Assembly (NCBI GenBank): GCA_049687035.1
Contig: JBAVIQ010000184.1
Span: 1 to 30,027, forward strand
DNA length: 30,027 nucleotides
Source: Steroidobacteraceae bacterium
Lineage (GTDB): Bacteria; Pseudomonadota; Gammaproteobacteria; Steroidobacterales; Steroidobacteraceae
Direction of reading: 5' to 3'
Part shown: positions 21,641 through 30,027 of the stretch, piece after piece
How positions within the stretch are numbered: position 1 is the first letter of the stretch
Layout: each line of letters begins with the position of its first letter
Notes under the pieces: model-generated
The model's database searches: none
What the model was told of the DNA's origin: nothing
The model's input: the letters and a program-made list of their open reading frames with translations, nothing else
Position numbers and translations under genes: made by a program

Positions 21641-22339
21641 ATGCGACTGATTCCCACCTGCACCATGCTTATCCTCGGCTCCACGCTTGCCGCGTCGGTG
21701 CCGGCCGCCGAGACAACGATGGACGAAGCAGCGCGCATGCAGTACGCGCTGGGGTATCAGCTCGGCCGCGACCTGGTTGCGATCGAGCCGCGCCCGCAGG
21801 ACATGCTGAAGGGCGTCGAAGACGGCCGCTCCGGCGGCAAGGCGAAACTGTCGCAAGAAGAAATGAGCGCCGCGCTGGCAGGCCTGCAGCAGAAGGTCGC
21901 CGCACAGCGCGAAAAAGAACAGGCAGCGGCCAGCGAGAAGGCGGCGGCGGCCGGCAAGACCTACCTCGCCGCGAACGCCAAGAAACCCGGCGTGACGACG
22001 ACGGCCAGCGGCCTGCAGTATCAGATCCTCACGGCGGGCACCGGCAAGACGCCGGCTGTGGGCGACACGGTCACCGTGCATTACAAGGGCACGCTCGTCG
22101 ACGGCACCGAGTTCGACAGCTCCTACAAGCGCGGCCAACCAGCGACGTTTCCCGTGGCGGGCGTGATCCCGGGCTGGACCGAGGCGCTGCAGTTGATGAA
22201 GGTCGGCACCAAGGCCCAGCTCGTCATCCCGCCGGAACTCGCGTACGGGTCGAACGGTCCGCTCGCGAACCAGGTGCTGCTGTTCGACGTCGAACTGCTC
22301 GGCGCCATGGCCACCCCGGTCGAAGAAAAGGGCAAGTAA
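21641..22339 (+). CDS. FKBP-type peptidyl-prolyl cis-trans isomerase (FkpA/Mip-type with N-terminal dimerisation domain)
   Basis: Signal peptide, YALG..LG, GV.TTASGLQY, VTVHYKGTL.DGTEFDSSYKRG.P, VIPGWTEALQLM and IPPELAYG. Confidence 0.94.
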   Translation: MRLIPTCTMLILGSTLAASVPAAETTMDEAARMQYALGYQLGRDLVAIEPRPQDMLKGVEDGRSGGKAKLSQEEMSAALAGLQQKVAAQREKEQAAASEKAAAAGKTYLAANAKKPGVTTTASGLQYQILTAGTGKTPAVGDTVTVHYKGTLVDGTEFDSSYKRGQPATFPVAGVIPGWTEALQLMKVGTKAQLVIPPELAYGSNGPLANQVLLFDVELLGAMATPVEEKGK

Positions 22340-22352
22340 GACGCGGCCCAAG

Positions 22353-23252
22353 ATGCCGATCGCGGAAGGCAACGGGCTCCGGTTCGATTACGAATCGTTC
22401 GGCGCGCAGGACGCGCCGGCGATTCTGCTGATCCAGGGCCTCGGCATGCCCGCTGCGATGTGGCCCGACGTCTTCGTTGCGACCCTGGTGGCCGAAGGCT
22501 ACCGGGTGGTGACGTTCGACAACCGTGATTGCGGCGGCTCGTCACGCCTGGTGGATGCTGGCGTGCCGAACATTGCCAGGTCGATGACACGGGCACTGCT
22601 GCGCCGCCGGGTCACCGCGCCTTACAACCTTGACGACATGGCAGAGGACACGCGGGTCGTCCTCGATGCGGCGGGCATCGAGCGTGCGCACGTGGTCGGC
22701 GTCTCGATGGGAGGCATGATCGCGCAGGTCTTCGCGGCGACGCATCCGCAACGGGTCCGCACGCTGACGTCGATCATGTCCACGACGGGCAATCCGCGGC
22801 CCAGCATCGCGCTCGGCAAGGCCCGGGCGTTGCGCGCGTTGCTGAAGCGGCCGCCGGGCAACCCGACCATCGAACAGGCGGTCGACCATCTGCTGTTCGT
22901 GTTCGGCGTCATCGGCAGCCCGGGTTTCGAGCAACATGCCGCACAACTGCGCCCGCACTTCGAGCGTGTCGCACGCCGCGGGCTGTATCCGGCCGGCACG
23001 TCACGGCAGCTGGCGGCGATCCTGGCCTCGGGCGACCGGCGCGAAATGCTGCACGGAATCACGGCGCCCACCATGGTGATCCACGGTGCGGACGATCCGC
23101 TGGTGCGCATCGCCGGCGGACGCGACACGGCCGCGAACATCCGTGGTGCGCGACTCAAGATCATTCCCGGGATGGGTCACGACTTTCCGCCGGCGCTCAT
23201 GGCCGGCATCGCCGTGATGATCGCGGAGCACTGTCGCTCAGACCAAGGCTGA
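22353..23252 (+). CDS. Alpha/beta fold hydrolase
   Basis: LLIQGLG, FDNRDCG.S, VGVSMGGMIAQ nucleophile elbow, HGADDPL and GMGHD. It starts 13 bp after the FKBP gene. Confidence 0.92.
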   Translation: MPIAEGNGLRFDYESFGAQDAPAILLIQGLGMPAAMWPDVFVATLVAEGYRVVTFDNRDCGGSSRLVDAGVPNIARSMTRALLRRRVTAPYNLDDMAEDTRVVLDAAGIERAHVVGVSMGGMIAQVFAATHPQRVRTLTSIMSTTGNPRPSIALGKARALRALLKRPPGNPTIEQAVDHLLFVFGVIGSPGFEQHAAQLRPHFERVARRGLYPAGTSRQLAAILASGDRREMLHGITAPTMVIHGADDPLVRIAGGRDTAANIRGARLKIIPGMGHDFPPALMAGIAVMIAEHCRSDQG

Positions 23253-24743
23253 CCTGCCCGGCTCCGTCGACGTGAGCCTGCCGCGAAAGAATGCCGCGGG
23301 CTCCGGATACAGCTGGGTCAGCGCCTCCGCCAGCAGGTCCAGGGCGATTGCTTCAAGACGGGCATTCGAGGCGTTTTCCATTCGCATGCTTGTCCACAGG
23401 GTCTCGCGCTCCGCGGCACCGCGTGCGAGCGCGGCGGAGACGACGGCTTGCCACCGCGGCGCCGGATCACTCGCGGCGAATTCACCACGACCGCGACCAA
23501 AATGCGCGACTGCGAGATAGCGAATGATCGCAGCACCGAGTCGCGCATCCAGGAACTCGTCCGACCAGCGCACGGTGCCGCCTGCAAGCCCGCGTTCCTC
23601 GTTGTACCGTTGCGTGAGTTTGCGCGCCCCGAGTGCGCCGGCGATGCCGCCGAGAATCGCGCCCGCTCCGAAGGTCAGCCCACCCGCAGCGACGTCCGCC
23701 GCCAGGCCGCCAAGCGCACCGGTGACGAGGCCACCCCACAGGCTGGCTTTGTCGGCATCCGGGGCACGCCGGGTTTCGAACCCCGTCGTGACCTGGCGCA
23801 GGATGTCTGCGCTGGCCGTGCCCGTGAGGCCGTGCAGCGCGACGAGTTCGGCGGTGCATTCGCGCACGGACTCATCGAGACGATCGAGCATGGCCTTGCG
23901 GGCACGAGATTCCTCGACGCCGAGCGCGTCGGTTGCACCGCCCTGCAGCGCGCGGCTCACTTTATCCGCGAGCGTTGCGTCCGGCAGCTGCACCGTGTCC
24001 CGCGCGAGGTCGCGCAATTGCCGGGCAATGACGGCGGCACTGTTCCGGAGGACGGCGAGGTCACGGCCACGCCAAGCCTCGACGATCCGTTCGAACGCAG
24101 GCCGTTGCCGTTCGTCCAGGCAACCTGCAATGGCATCGAGCAGCGCGTGCTCCTGTAGCCAGCAGCGCGCGAAGGCATCGAAGGTCATTACCCGGTACGT
24201 GCCTGTTGCATCGTACTGCCGCAGAACCGCGTTCCACTCTTCAATCAACTGCCGTTCGCGCGCGCTTTCGAGGCGGGTCCCGACTTGATTCAACAGAACG
24301 AGCGTCGGCTTGCCGAGCCAGCCGAGGATGTGCAGTTCCGGCTCGATGTATCCGGCGGTGCTTGGTTCTTCCGTCGCATTTACGACGTACAGCACGACGT
24401 CTGCCGACTCACGCGCCGTGCGCATCGCCTGCTGGCTGCACCAGAACGCGCGATCGGCGAACCGGTCCCACACCTGCGACAGGAACCAGCCGATCGGCTG
24501 GCCACTCGCCGCCAGGCGCCGCTGCAGGCGCACGCTGTCGCCGAACCCGGGCGTGTCCCACAGCACCAGTTCATCGCCTGCCGGACTGCGCAACAAGACG
24601 TGCGATTCGGCGACCTCGGTGACGTGGGCACGGTCCATGACGGCGCCGATGTCACGCCGCAGCAACGTGCGTGCCAGCGTCGTCTTGCCGACGTTCGTGT
24701 GCGACAGCAATGCGAGGCTGACGGTCGTAACCGAATCGCTCAT
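23238..24743 (-). CDS. P-loop GTPase-domain protein with a probable DUF3482 C-terminal domain
   Basis: LSHTNVGKTTLARTL (G1), HVT (G2), WDTPGFGD (G3), a C-terminal glycine-rich hydrophobic hairpin and HFGRG. The ATG overlaps the upstream TGA (ATGA at 24740-24743). The DUF name is from memory. Confidence 0.8.
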   Translation of the reverse strand: MSDSVTTVSLALLSHTNVGKTTLARTLLRRDIGAVMDRAHVTEVAESHVLLRSPAGDELVLWDTPGFGDSVRLQRRLAASGQPIGWFLSQVWDRFADRAFWCSQQAMRTARESADVVLYVVNATEEPSTAGYIEPELHILGWLGKPTLVLLNQVGTRLESARERQLIEEWNAVLRQYDATGTYRVMTFDAFARCWLQEHALLDAIAGCLDERQRPAFERIVEAWRGRDLAVLRNSAAVIARQLRDLARDTVQLPDATLADKVSRALQGGATDALGVEESRARKAMLDRLDESVRECTAELVALHGLTGTASADILRQVTTGFETRRAPDADKASLWGGLVTGALGGLAADVAAGGLTFGAGAILGGIAGALGARKLTQRYNEERGLAGGTVRWSDEFLDARLGAAIIRYLAVAHFGRGRGEFAASDPAPRWQAVVSAALARGAAERETLWTSMRMENASNARLEAIALDLLAEALTQLYPEPAAFFRGRLTSTEPGRSALV

Positions 24744-26281
24744 GCGATCGTACCCCGACAACTGCGATGCACCTGATCGATGATCGCCTGCGGCACCTCG
24801 CTCCCGGTCGGGATCGAGGCGAGATCCAGCGTGCAGGCCTCGAACCCGTGCGCACGGACGAAGTCGCGCCACGCCGAGCGGCGCTGCTCGATCCGGGCCG
24901 CGAGCGAGCCATCACCACCGAGATGAGCGAGGTAAGGCGCTTCGTCGACGAGGATGAGCCAGCGCGAGCCGGCCCTGGAGCGCGACCAGCGTTCACGGGC
25001 CCGCTGCAGGATTGCGCCGTGGTTCTCGACCTCGGGCGTGGCTGCGAGACTGAATAGCAGGATTTCGAGATCACTCGCAGTGCCGCTGGCCTGCGCGGTG
25101 AATGACTCTTCGTTGCCGTACGCGACCGCAGGCGCAAATTCGATGCGCGTATCCGCGCCGAATGCGGCACGCAGCATACGTTGCACGCCTTGTTCCGAAG
25201 CGGCGGCAGGCTGGTAGGCAAAGCACGTGAGCCGCGCCGTCTGTGCGGGCAAGGCGGCATCGCTGGCACCGAGGGTTCGTCGCGCATAGGGCAGCAAGGA
25301 TTCCGGCGCCGAAAGCTGTTCACTGGCACGCGCCAGGCGCAGCGTTGCCGTGAGCGCCAGCAGCAAGCGCGGCACGACGACGTAAAGAACGGCCGTGGCG
25401 GCCATGAGGTGAATCCACGGCGCCGCTGGACCGCCGCCCTGGCCGTTGCGCCAGTGCACTGATACCACCGCGGCGTCATCCGCGGGCAGTTCAATGCCGG
25501 TGAGCACCGAGGCCGGACCGTAGATCAGTCCGAGCAGTGCGCGAACCTGTGCTGTCCCGAGGAACGTGCTCTCCCAACCGGCGCGGTACTCGAGCGCAAT
25601 GCCGCGCAGGTAGAAGCCGGCGATCAGGCCGAGCGCGACGGCTGCCGAGCCGATGTGGAACAGGCGCTTGCCCTGCCACACGAGCAGCGGCTGGGCGATG
25701 GGCCACCATTCGTCGGAGAAACGACGCAGCGCCGCCGACAGTGGCCGGTGATAGAACGAAGACTGCTTGATCAGCTTCGCCGCACGCTGCCGGGTCCAGC
25801 GCGCGGGCCAGAGGGTCCAACCGGGCAACAGCGCCGTGGAACCCGCGGACCGGGCGGGTCGACGGCGCAGCGACGACACAGCCAGCACGGCGTAAACGAC
25901 CAGGTTCCACAACACCACGCCGAGTAACGGGAACGCCAGGATTTCGATCCGCACGCGGCTGTCGAAGAGCGACAGCGCGAGACCCAGCCCGAACGCAGCG
26001 AGCAAGACGAGTCCGCCCACGCCCGCGACTTGCGATTCGAGGCTCACCGCCCTGGTAACGACGGGGTGACGCTCCGCCAGTTTCGTCCGCAACGACTCGG
26101 CTCTCGTGGCCAGCACCTGCCAGGCGTGGACCGCACGATCAGTGTTGCCGGCCGGGTGTCGACGCAATGCGTCGCGCGTCGCGGCCTCGCGCTCGGCGAG
26201 CGGCAGGACCGAGCCGTCCGGATCCTGCTCTTCGACGTTCTTGACCAGCAGGATCGAGCGCAGGGCATTCGCGTCGTTCAT
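24740..26281 (-). CDS. Multi-pass membrane protein, probable DUF2868 family
   Basis: About four hydrophobic helices, Y.AGWESTFL and YVVVPRLLL motifs, and a C-terminal LAATPEVENHG segment. It is coupled to the GTPase gene. The DUF name is from memory. Confidence 0.75.
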   Translation of the reverse strand: MNDANALRSILLVKNVEEQDPDGSVLPLAEREAATRDALRRHPAGNTDRAVHAWQVLATRAESLRTKLAERHPVVTRAVSLESQVAGVGGLVLLAAFGLGLALSLFDSRVRIEILAFPLLGVVLWNLVVYAVLAVSSLRRRPARSAGSTALLPGWTLWPARWTRQRAAKLIKQSSFYHRPLSAALRRFSDEWWPIAQPLLVWQGKRLFHIGSAAVALGLIAGFYLRGIALEYRAGWESTFLGTAQVRALLGLIYGPASVLTGIELPADDAAVVSVHWRNGQGGGPAAPWIHLMAATAVLYVVVPRLLLALTATLRLARASEQLSAPESLLPYARRTLGASDAALPAQTARLTCFAYQPAAASEQGVQRMLRAAFGADTRIEFAPAVAYGNEESFTAQASGTASDLEILLFSLAATPEVENHGAILQRARERWSRSRAGSRWLILVDEAPYLAHLGGDGSLAARIEQRRSAWRDFVRAHGFEACTLDLASIPTGSEVPQAIIDQVHRSCRGTIA

Positions 26282-26387
26282 TCGGCCCAAACCACGGTTT
26301 TCTTCGGACTTTTTCCCCGGCGGCCAGTCTAGCAAGACCTCGCCGCCTCTAGGCCCGTGGTATTTTGCGCGGCCGAGGAGTCCCGCC

Positions 26388-28262
26388 GTGTTCCGTCGCT
26401 TCGAAAACCTGGTCGAAACCTATCCCGACACCAAGCCGGCCACCCCGCCGCGCTCGTTTTTTGCCTTTCTGTGGCAGTCCACCGCGGGCCTGCGGCCTTA
26501 CATCCTGCTGATGACGCTCTGCACTGCCGTCATCGGCGCGTTCGAGGCCATGCTGTTCGCGATGCTCGGGCAGCTCGTCGACTGGCTGGCGAAGGTCGAA
26601 CCCTCTCAGCTCTGGGCCACGGAGCGTCAGAATTTCCTGCTATTGCTCGGGGTCCTGGCCGTCAGCCCACTGGTCGTCGGATTGTTCGCCCTGCTCAAGT
26701 ACCAGGTGCTGTTCGCGAACTTCCCGATGCGACTGCGCTGGAACTTCCACCGGCTGATGCTCGGCCAGAGCATGAGCTTCTACCAGGACGAGTTCGCAGG
26801 CCGGGTCGCGACCAAGGTGATGCAGACGGCACTCGCCGTGCGCGACGCCTGGCTGACCGCCACGGACATCCTCGCGTTCATCGTCATCTACTTCGTGACC
26901 ATGCTCGCGATCATAGGGACGTTCGACCTGCGCATGCTCGCGCCTTTCATCGGCTGGCTCACGCTCTACTCCCTGAGCCTCGTGTACTTCGTGCCCCGCC
27001 TGGGGAAAGTCGCGGCGGCACAGGCGGACGCGCGCTCACTGATGACCGGACGCGTGACCGACGCGTACACCAACATCGCGACGGTGAAGCTGTTCTCGCA
27101 CGCCAGCCGCGAGGCCGGCTTTGCGCGGGCCTCGATGCAGGAATTCATGAAGACGGCCTACGCGCAGGGCCGCCTCGTGAGCGGGTTCGAAATCACCAAC
27201 CACGTGCTCAGCATGGTGCTGATCGCGGCGACCGCAGGCGTGGCGCTGTGGCTTTGGGTCCAGGGCGACGTTGGTGTGGGCGCAGTCGCCGCCGCGAGCG
27301 CCATGGCGCTGCGCCTGAACGGCATCGCGCACTGGATCATGTGGGAAGTCGCCTCGCTGTTCGAGCACGTTGGCACCGTCGAGGACGGCATGCGCACCCT
27401 GTCGCGCGCGCACACCGTGGTGGACGAGCCGGATGCCAGGCCGCTCCGCGTCACCCGGGGCGAGATCCGTTTCGATCACGTCACGTTCGCGTATGGCGGC
27501 AAGCGCGCCGTCGTGGACGACCTGTGCCTGCACATTCGCCCGGGCGAGAAGATCGGCCTGGTCGGGCGTTCCGGCGCCGGCAAGAGCACCATCGTCAACC
27601 TGCTGCTGCGCTTCTACGACGTCGAGCAGGGCGCGATCCTGATCGACGGCCAGAACATTTCGCACGTGACACAGGATAGCCTGCGCGCCCAGATCGGGAT
27701 GGTCACCCAGGACACCTCACTGCTGCACCGTTCCGTGCAGGACAACATCGTCTATGGACGGCCCGATGCCAGCGACGACACCATGATCGCGGCGGCAAAG
27801 CGCGCCGAGGCGCACGAGTTCATCGAGGGCCTGTCCGACATCAAGGGCCGGCGCGGTTACGCCGCGCACGTCGGCGAGCGCGGCGTGAAGCTGAGCGGTG
27901 GCCAGCGGCAGCGCATCGCGATCGCGCGCGTCATGCTGAAGGATGCGCCGATCCTGCTGCTCGACGAGGCGACGAGCGCGCTCGACAGCGAAGTGGAAGC
28001 CGCGATCCAGCAGAGTCTCTACCGCCTGATGGAAGGCAAGACTGTCGTGGCCATCGCCCATCGCCTCTCCACGATCGCGGCCATGGACCGGCTCGTGGTC
28101 ATGGACCGGGGCCACATCGTCGAGGAAGGCGATCACCGCACGCTGCTCGAGCACGGCGGACTCTATGCACGCCTGTGGGCGCATCAGAGCGGCGGCTTCC
28201 TCGGCGAAGACGCAGACGACGACGAATCCATCGCTGCGCCGCGCACCGCCGCGGCGGGCTGA
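26388..28262 (+). CDS. ABC exporter, fused transmembrane and ATP-binding domains (MsbA/multidrug-type half transporter)
   Basis: GTG 26388 follows GAGGAG. Six-helix transmembrane domain, GRSGAGKST, LSGGQRQRIAIAR, LLLDEATSALD and IAHRLST. Confidence 0.95.
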   Translation: MFRRFENLVETYPDTKPATPPRSFFAFLWQSTAGLRPYILLMTLCTAVIGAFEAMLFAMLGQLVDWLAKVEPSQLWATERQNFLLLLGVLAVSPLVVGLFALLKYQVLFANFPMRLRWNFHRLMLGQSMSFYQDEFAGRVATKVMQTALAVRDAWLTATDILAFIVIYFVTMLAIIGTFDLRMLAPFIGWLTLYSLSLVYFVPRLGKVAAAQADARSLMTGRVTDAYTNIATVKLFSHASREAGFARASMQEFMKTAYAQGRLVSGFEITNHVLSMVLIAATAGVALWLWVQGDVGVGAVAAASAMALRLNGIAHWIMWEVASLFEHVGTVEDGMRTLSRAHTVVDEPDARPLRVTRGEIRFDHVTFAYGGKRAVVDDLCLHIRPGEKIGLVGRSGAGKSTIVNLLLRFYDVEQGAILIDGQNISHVTQDSLRAQIGMVTQDTSLLHRSVQDNIVYGRPDASDDTMIAAAKRAEAHEFIEGLSDIKGRRGYAAHVGERGVKLSGGQRQRIAIARVMLKDAPILLLDEATSALDSEVEAAIQQSLYRLMEGKTVVAIAHRLSTIAAMDRLVVMDRGHIVEEGDHRTLLEHGGLYARLWAHQSGGFLGEDADDDESIAAPRTAAAG

Positions 28263-28287
28263 CGCTCGCTTGTTCTCCGGAGGACGC

Positions 28288-30027
28288 ATGCACAAGATCC
28301 TGTTCGCTTTCATCGCCGGGTGCCTCGTGACGTTCCAGCCCAGCCTTGCGGGCAGCGCGGACAGCATTGCCGCGATCGTCAGGGACTTCGACGCATTCAA
28401 CCGCGCGCAAGATCCGATTCGCGCGGCGCAGCGCGGCGACAAGGAGGCCGCGCGCGTCTGGCCAGACAATTCACCGCAAGCCGTCGCTGCACGCAAAGCC
28501 GAGTCCCAGGCCTTTCAGCACCGACTGCAGTCCCTGTCTGCCACGAGTCTGGCCGGCGAAGACGAACTCAATCGTGAGCTGTTGGTCGACCGCGTGAGCC
28601 TCGCGCTCGATGGCTTCGTCTTCGATGAAGAGCGCCTGCCCTTCATCAGCGGCGACGGCTTTTACACGACGGCGGACTACGCCGCGCTCAACACGCCGCT
28701 CAATGACGAAGCGGCGGCGGCGGCATGGATCGCGCGGCTCGAGGCTCTCCCCGCGTACTACGCACGCGAGACGGAGAACATGCGCCGCGGCATCCGCACG
28801 GGCATGACGCAACCGCGACGCACGGTGGAGCGGGCCATCGCTGACGTGCGTGGGCAGATCGCACAGGCGGACGACAAGACTCCCTTGCTCGCGCCCTTCC
28901 GCAACATGCCACAGTCGTTTCCGACGGACCGGCGCGCAGTACTCGAGGCCCGCGCCCGCAGCGTCCTGCAGGCGAAGGTGCGGCCCGCCCAGCAGTCGCT
29001 GCTGCAGTTCCTCGAGCAGGACTACCTGCCGGCTGCGCGACCCGACATCGGCATCGGCAGCGTGTCGCAGGGCAAAGAGTACTACGCATACCTCGCACGC
29101 CGGCACACTTCGACGACGATGACGCCTGCCGCGATTCATGCGCTCGGCGAGCGTGAGGTGAAGCGCATCCGGGCCCGGATGGACCAGACCATCGCGCAGA
29201 CGGGATTCAAGGGGACGTTCCAGGACTTCCTCGCCTCCGTGCGCAAGGATCCCCGGTTCTACGTCGGCGCCGCGGAGTACGGCGAGAAGTGCAGCGAAGT
29301 CGCGAAGCGAGCGGACTTCGCCATGCCGAGGTACTTCGGCACGCTGCCGCGCCTCCCCTACGGCGTGCTGCCGATGCCCGCCGGACTCGAGAGCAGCGCC
29401 AACGGTTACCTGCCCGGCTCACCCGAACTGGGTGTCGCAGGCATGGTGGTCTACAAACCATGGATGGCGGAGAAGATGCCGACCTTTGGCATCCCGGCCT
29501 GGGTGCTGCACGAAGGCGTGCCTGGTCACCACCACCAGATCTCGCTGAGCCAGGAACTCATGGACCTGCCCGAGTTCCGGCGCTCCGACGACGTGACCGC
29601 CTACGTCGAAGGCTGGGGACTCTATTCCGAGTTCCTCGGCGAAGAGATGGGAATCTACCGCGACCCGTACGAACAGTTCGGCCGGCTCTCGCTCGAGATC
29701 TGGCGCGCGTGCCGGCTGGTGGTCGATACCGGCATGCACGTGATGGGCTGGTCGCGCGACCGTGCACTGGCCTGCCTGCAGGAAAACAGCGCGCTCGCAC
29801 CGATGGAAATCGAGTTCGAGGTGGACCGCTACATCGCCTGGCCCGGCCAGGCACTCGCGTACAAGATCGGCGAGCTCAAGATCATTGAACTGCGTGAGCG
29901 GGCCGCGACGAAGCTCGGGTCGAAGTTCGACCTGCGCGAATTCCACGACCTGGTCCTGGGCGCCGGGGCGATGCCGCTCGACCTGCTCGAAGCGCGCGTC
30001 GACCGCTGGATCGAGGCGCGGACGGCT
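28288..30027 (+). CDS. DUF885-family secreted protein, putative zinc metallopeptidase (stop lies beyond the window)
   Basis: Absent from the ORF track because it has no stop. ATG 28288 follows GGAGG, with signal peptide MHKILFAFIAGCLVTFQPSLA. In frame: LHEGVPGHHHQ, AYVEGWGLYSE, WRACRLVVDTGMH, EVDRYIAWPGQALAYKIG and FDLREFHD. Confidence 0.9.
   Translation, partial: MHKILFAFIAGCLVTFQPSLAGSADSIAAIVRDFDAFNRAQDPIRAAQRGDKEAARVWPDNSPQAVAARKAESQAFQHRLQSLSATSLAGEDELNRELLVDRVSLALDGFVFDEERLPFISGDGFYTTADYAALNTPLNDEAAAAAWIARLEALPAYYARETENMRRGIRTGMTQPRRTVERAIADVRGQIAQADDKTPLLAPFRNMPQSFPTDRRAVLEARARSVLQAKVRPAQQSLLQFLEQDYLPAARPDIGIGSVSQGKEYYAYLARRHTSTTMTPAAIHALGEREVKRIRARMDQTIAQTGFKGTFQDFLASVRKDPRFYVGAAEYGEKCSEVAKRADFAMPRYFGTLPRLPYGVLPMPAGLESSANGYLPGSPELGVAGMVVYKPWMAEKMPTFGIPAWVLHEGVPGHHHQISLSQELMDLPEFRRSDDVTAYVEGWGLYSEFLGEEMGIYRDPYEQFGRLSLEIWRACRLVVDTGMHVMGWSRDRALACLQENSALAPMEIEFEVDRYIAWPGQALAYKIGELKIIELRERAATKLGSKFDLREFHDLVLGAGAMPLDLLEARVDRWIEARTA

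Overview
A GC-rich (about two-thirds GC by eye), gene-dense bacterial chromosome segment, probably proteobacterial, with no mobile element, CRISPR array or structural RNA gene that I can support. The left arm (1-7791, minus strand) is the most interesting part. It opens with an AlkB/XylM-type membrane di-iron monooxygenase, a stand-alone XylA-like [2Fe-2S] ferredoxin and a 2OG-Fe(II) AlkB-family dioxygenase. These are followed by a tightly coupled exported redox cassette: di-heme cytochrome c4, a MauG-type di-heme enzyme, a parallel beta-helix protein fused to a C-terminal cytochrome c, and a TonB-dependent receptor that runs off the left edge. A divergent TetR regulator and a perfect 22-bp AT-rich palindrome sit at the head of this arm. 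Next come two convergent HSL-family esterases, a minimal RlpA, a GlsB/YeaQ membrane protein, glutamate synthase gltBD, ppk2, tryptophanase, a CDP-alcohol phosphatidyltransferase, an FKBP PPIase and an alpha/beta hydrolase. The right end holds a coupled DUF2868 membrane protein / DUF3482 P-loop GTPase pair, an ABC exporter and a DUF885 protein that runs off the right edge. The best candidate for an undescribed system is the c4 / MauG-like / beta-helix-cytochrome / TonB-receptor cassette. All family assignments come from motif reading and from memory of reference proteins; no database search was run.
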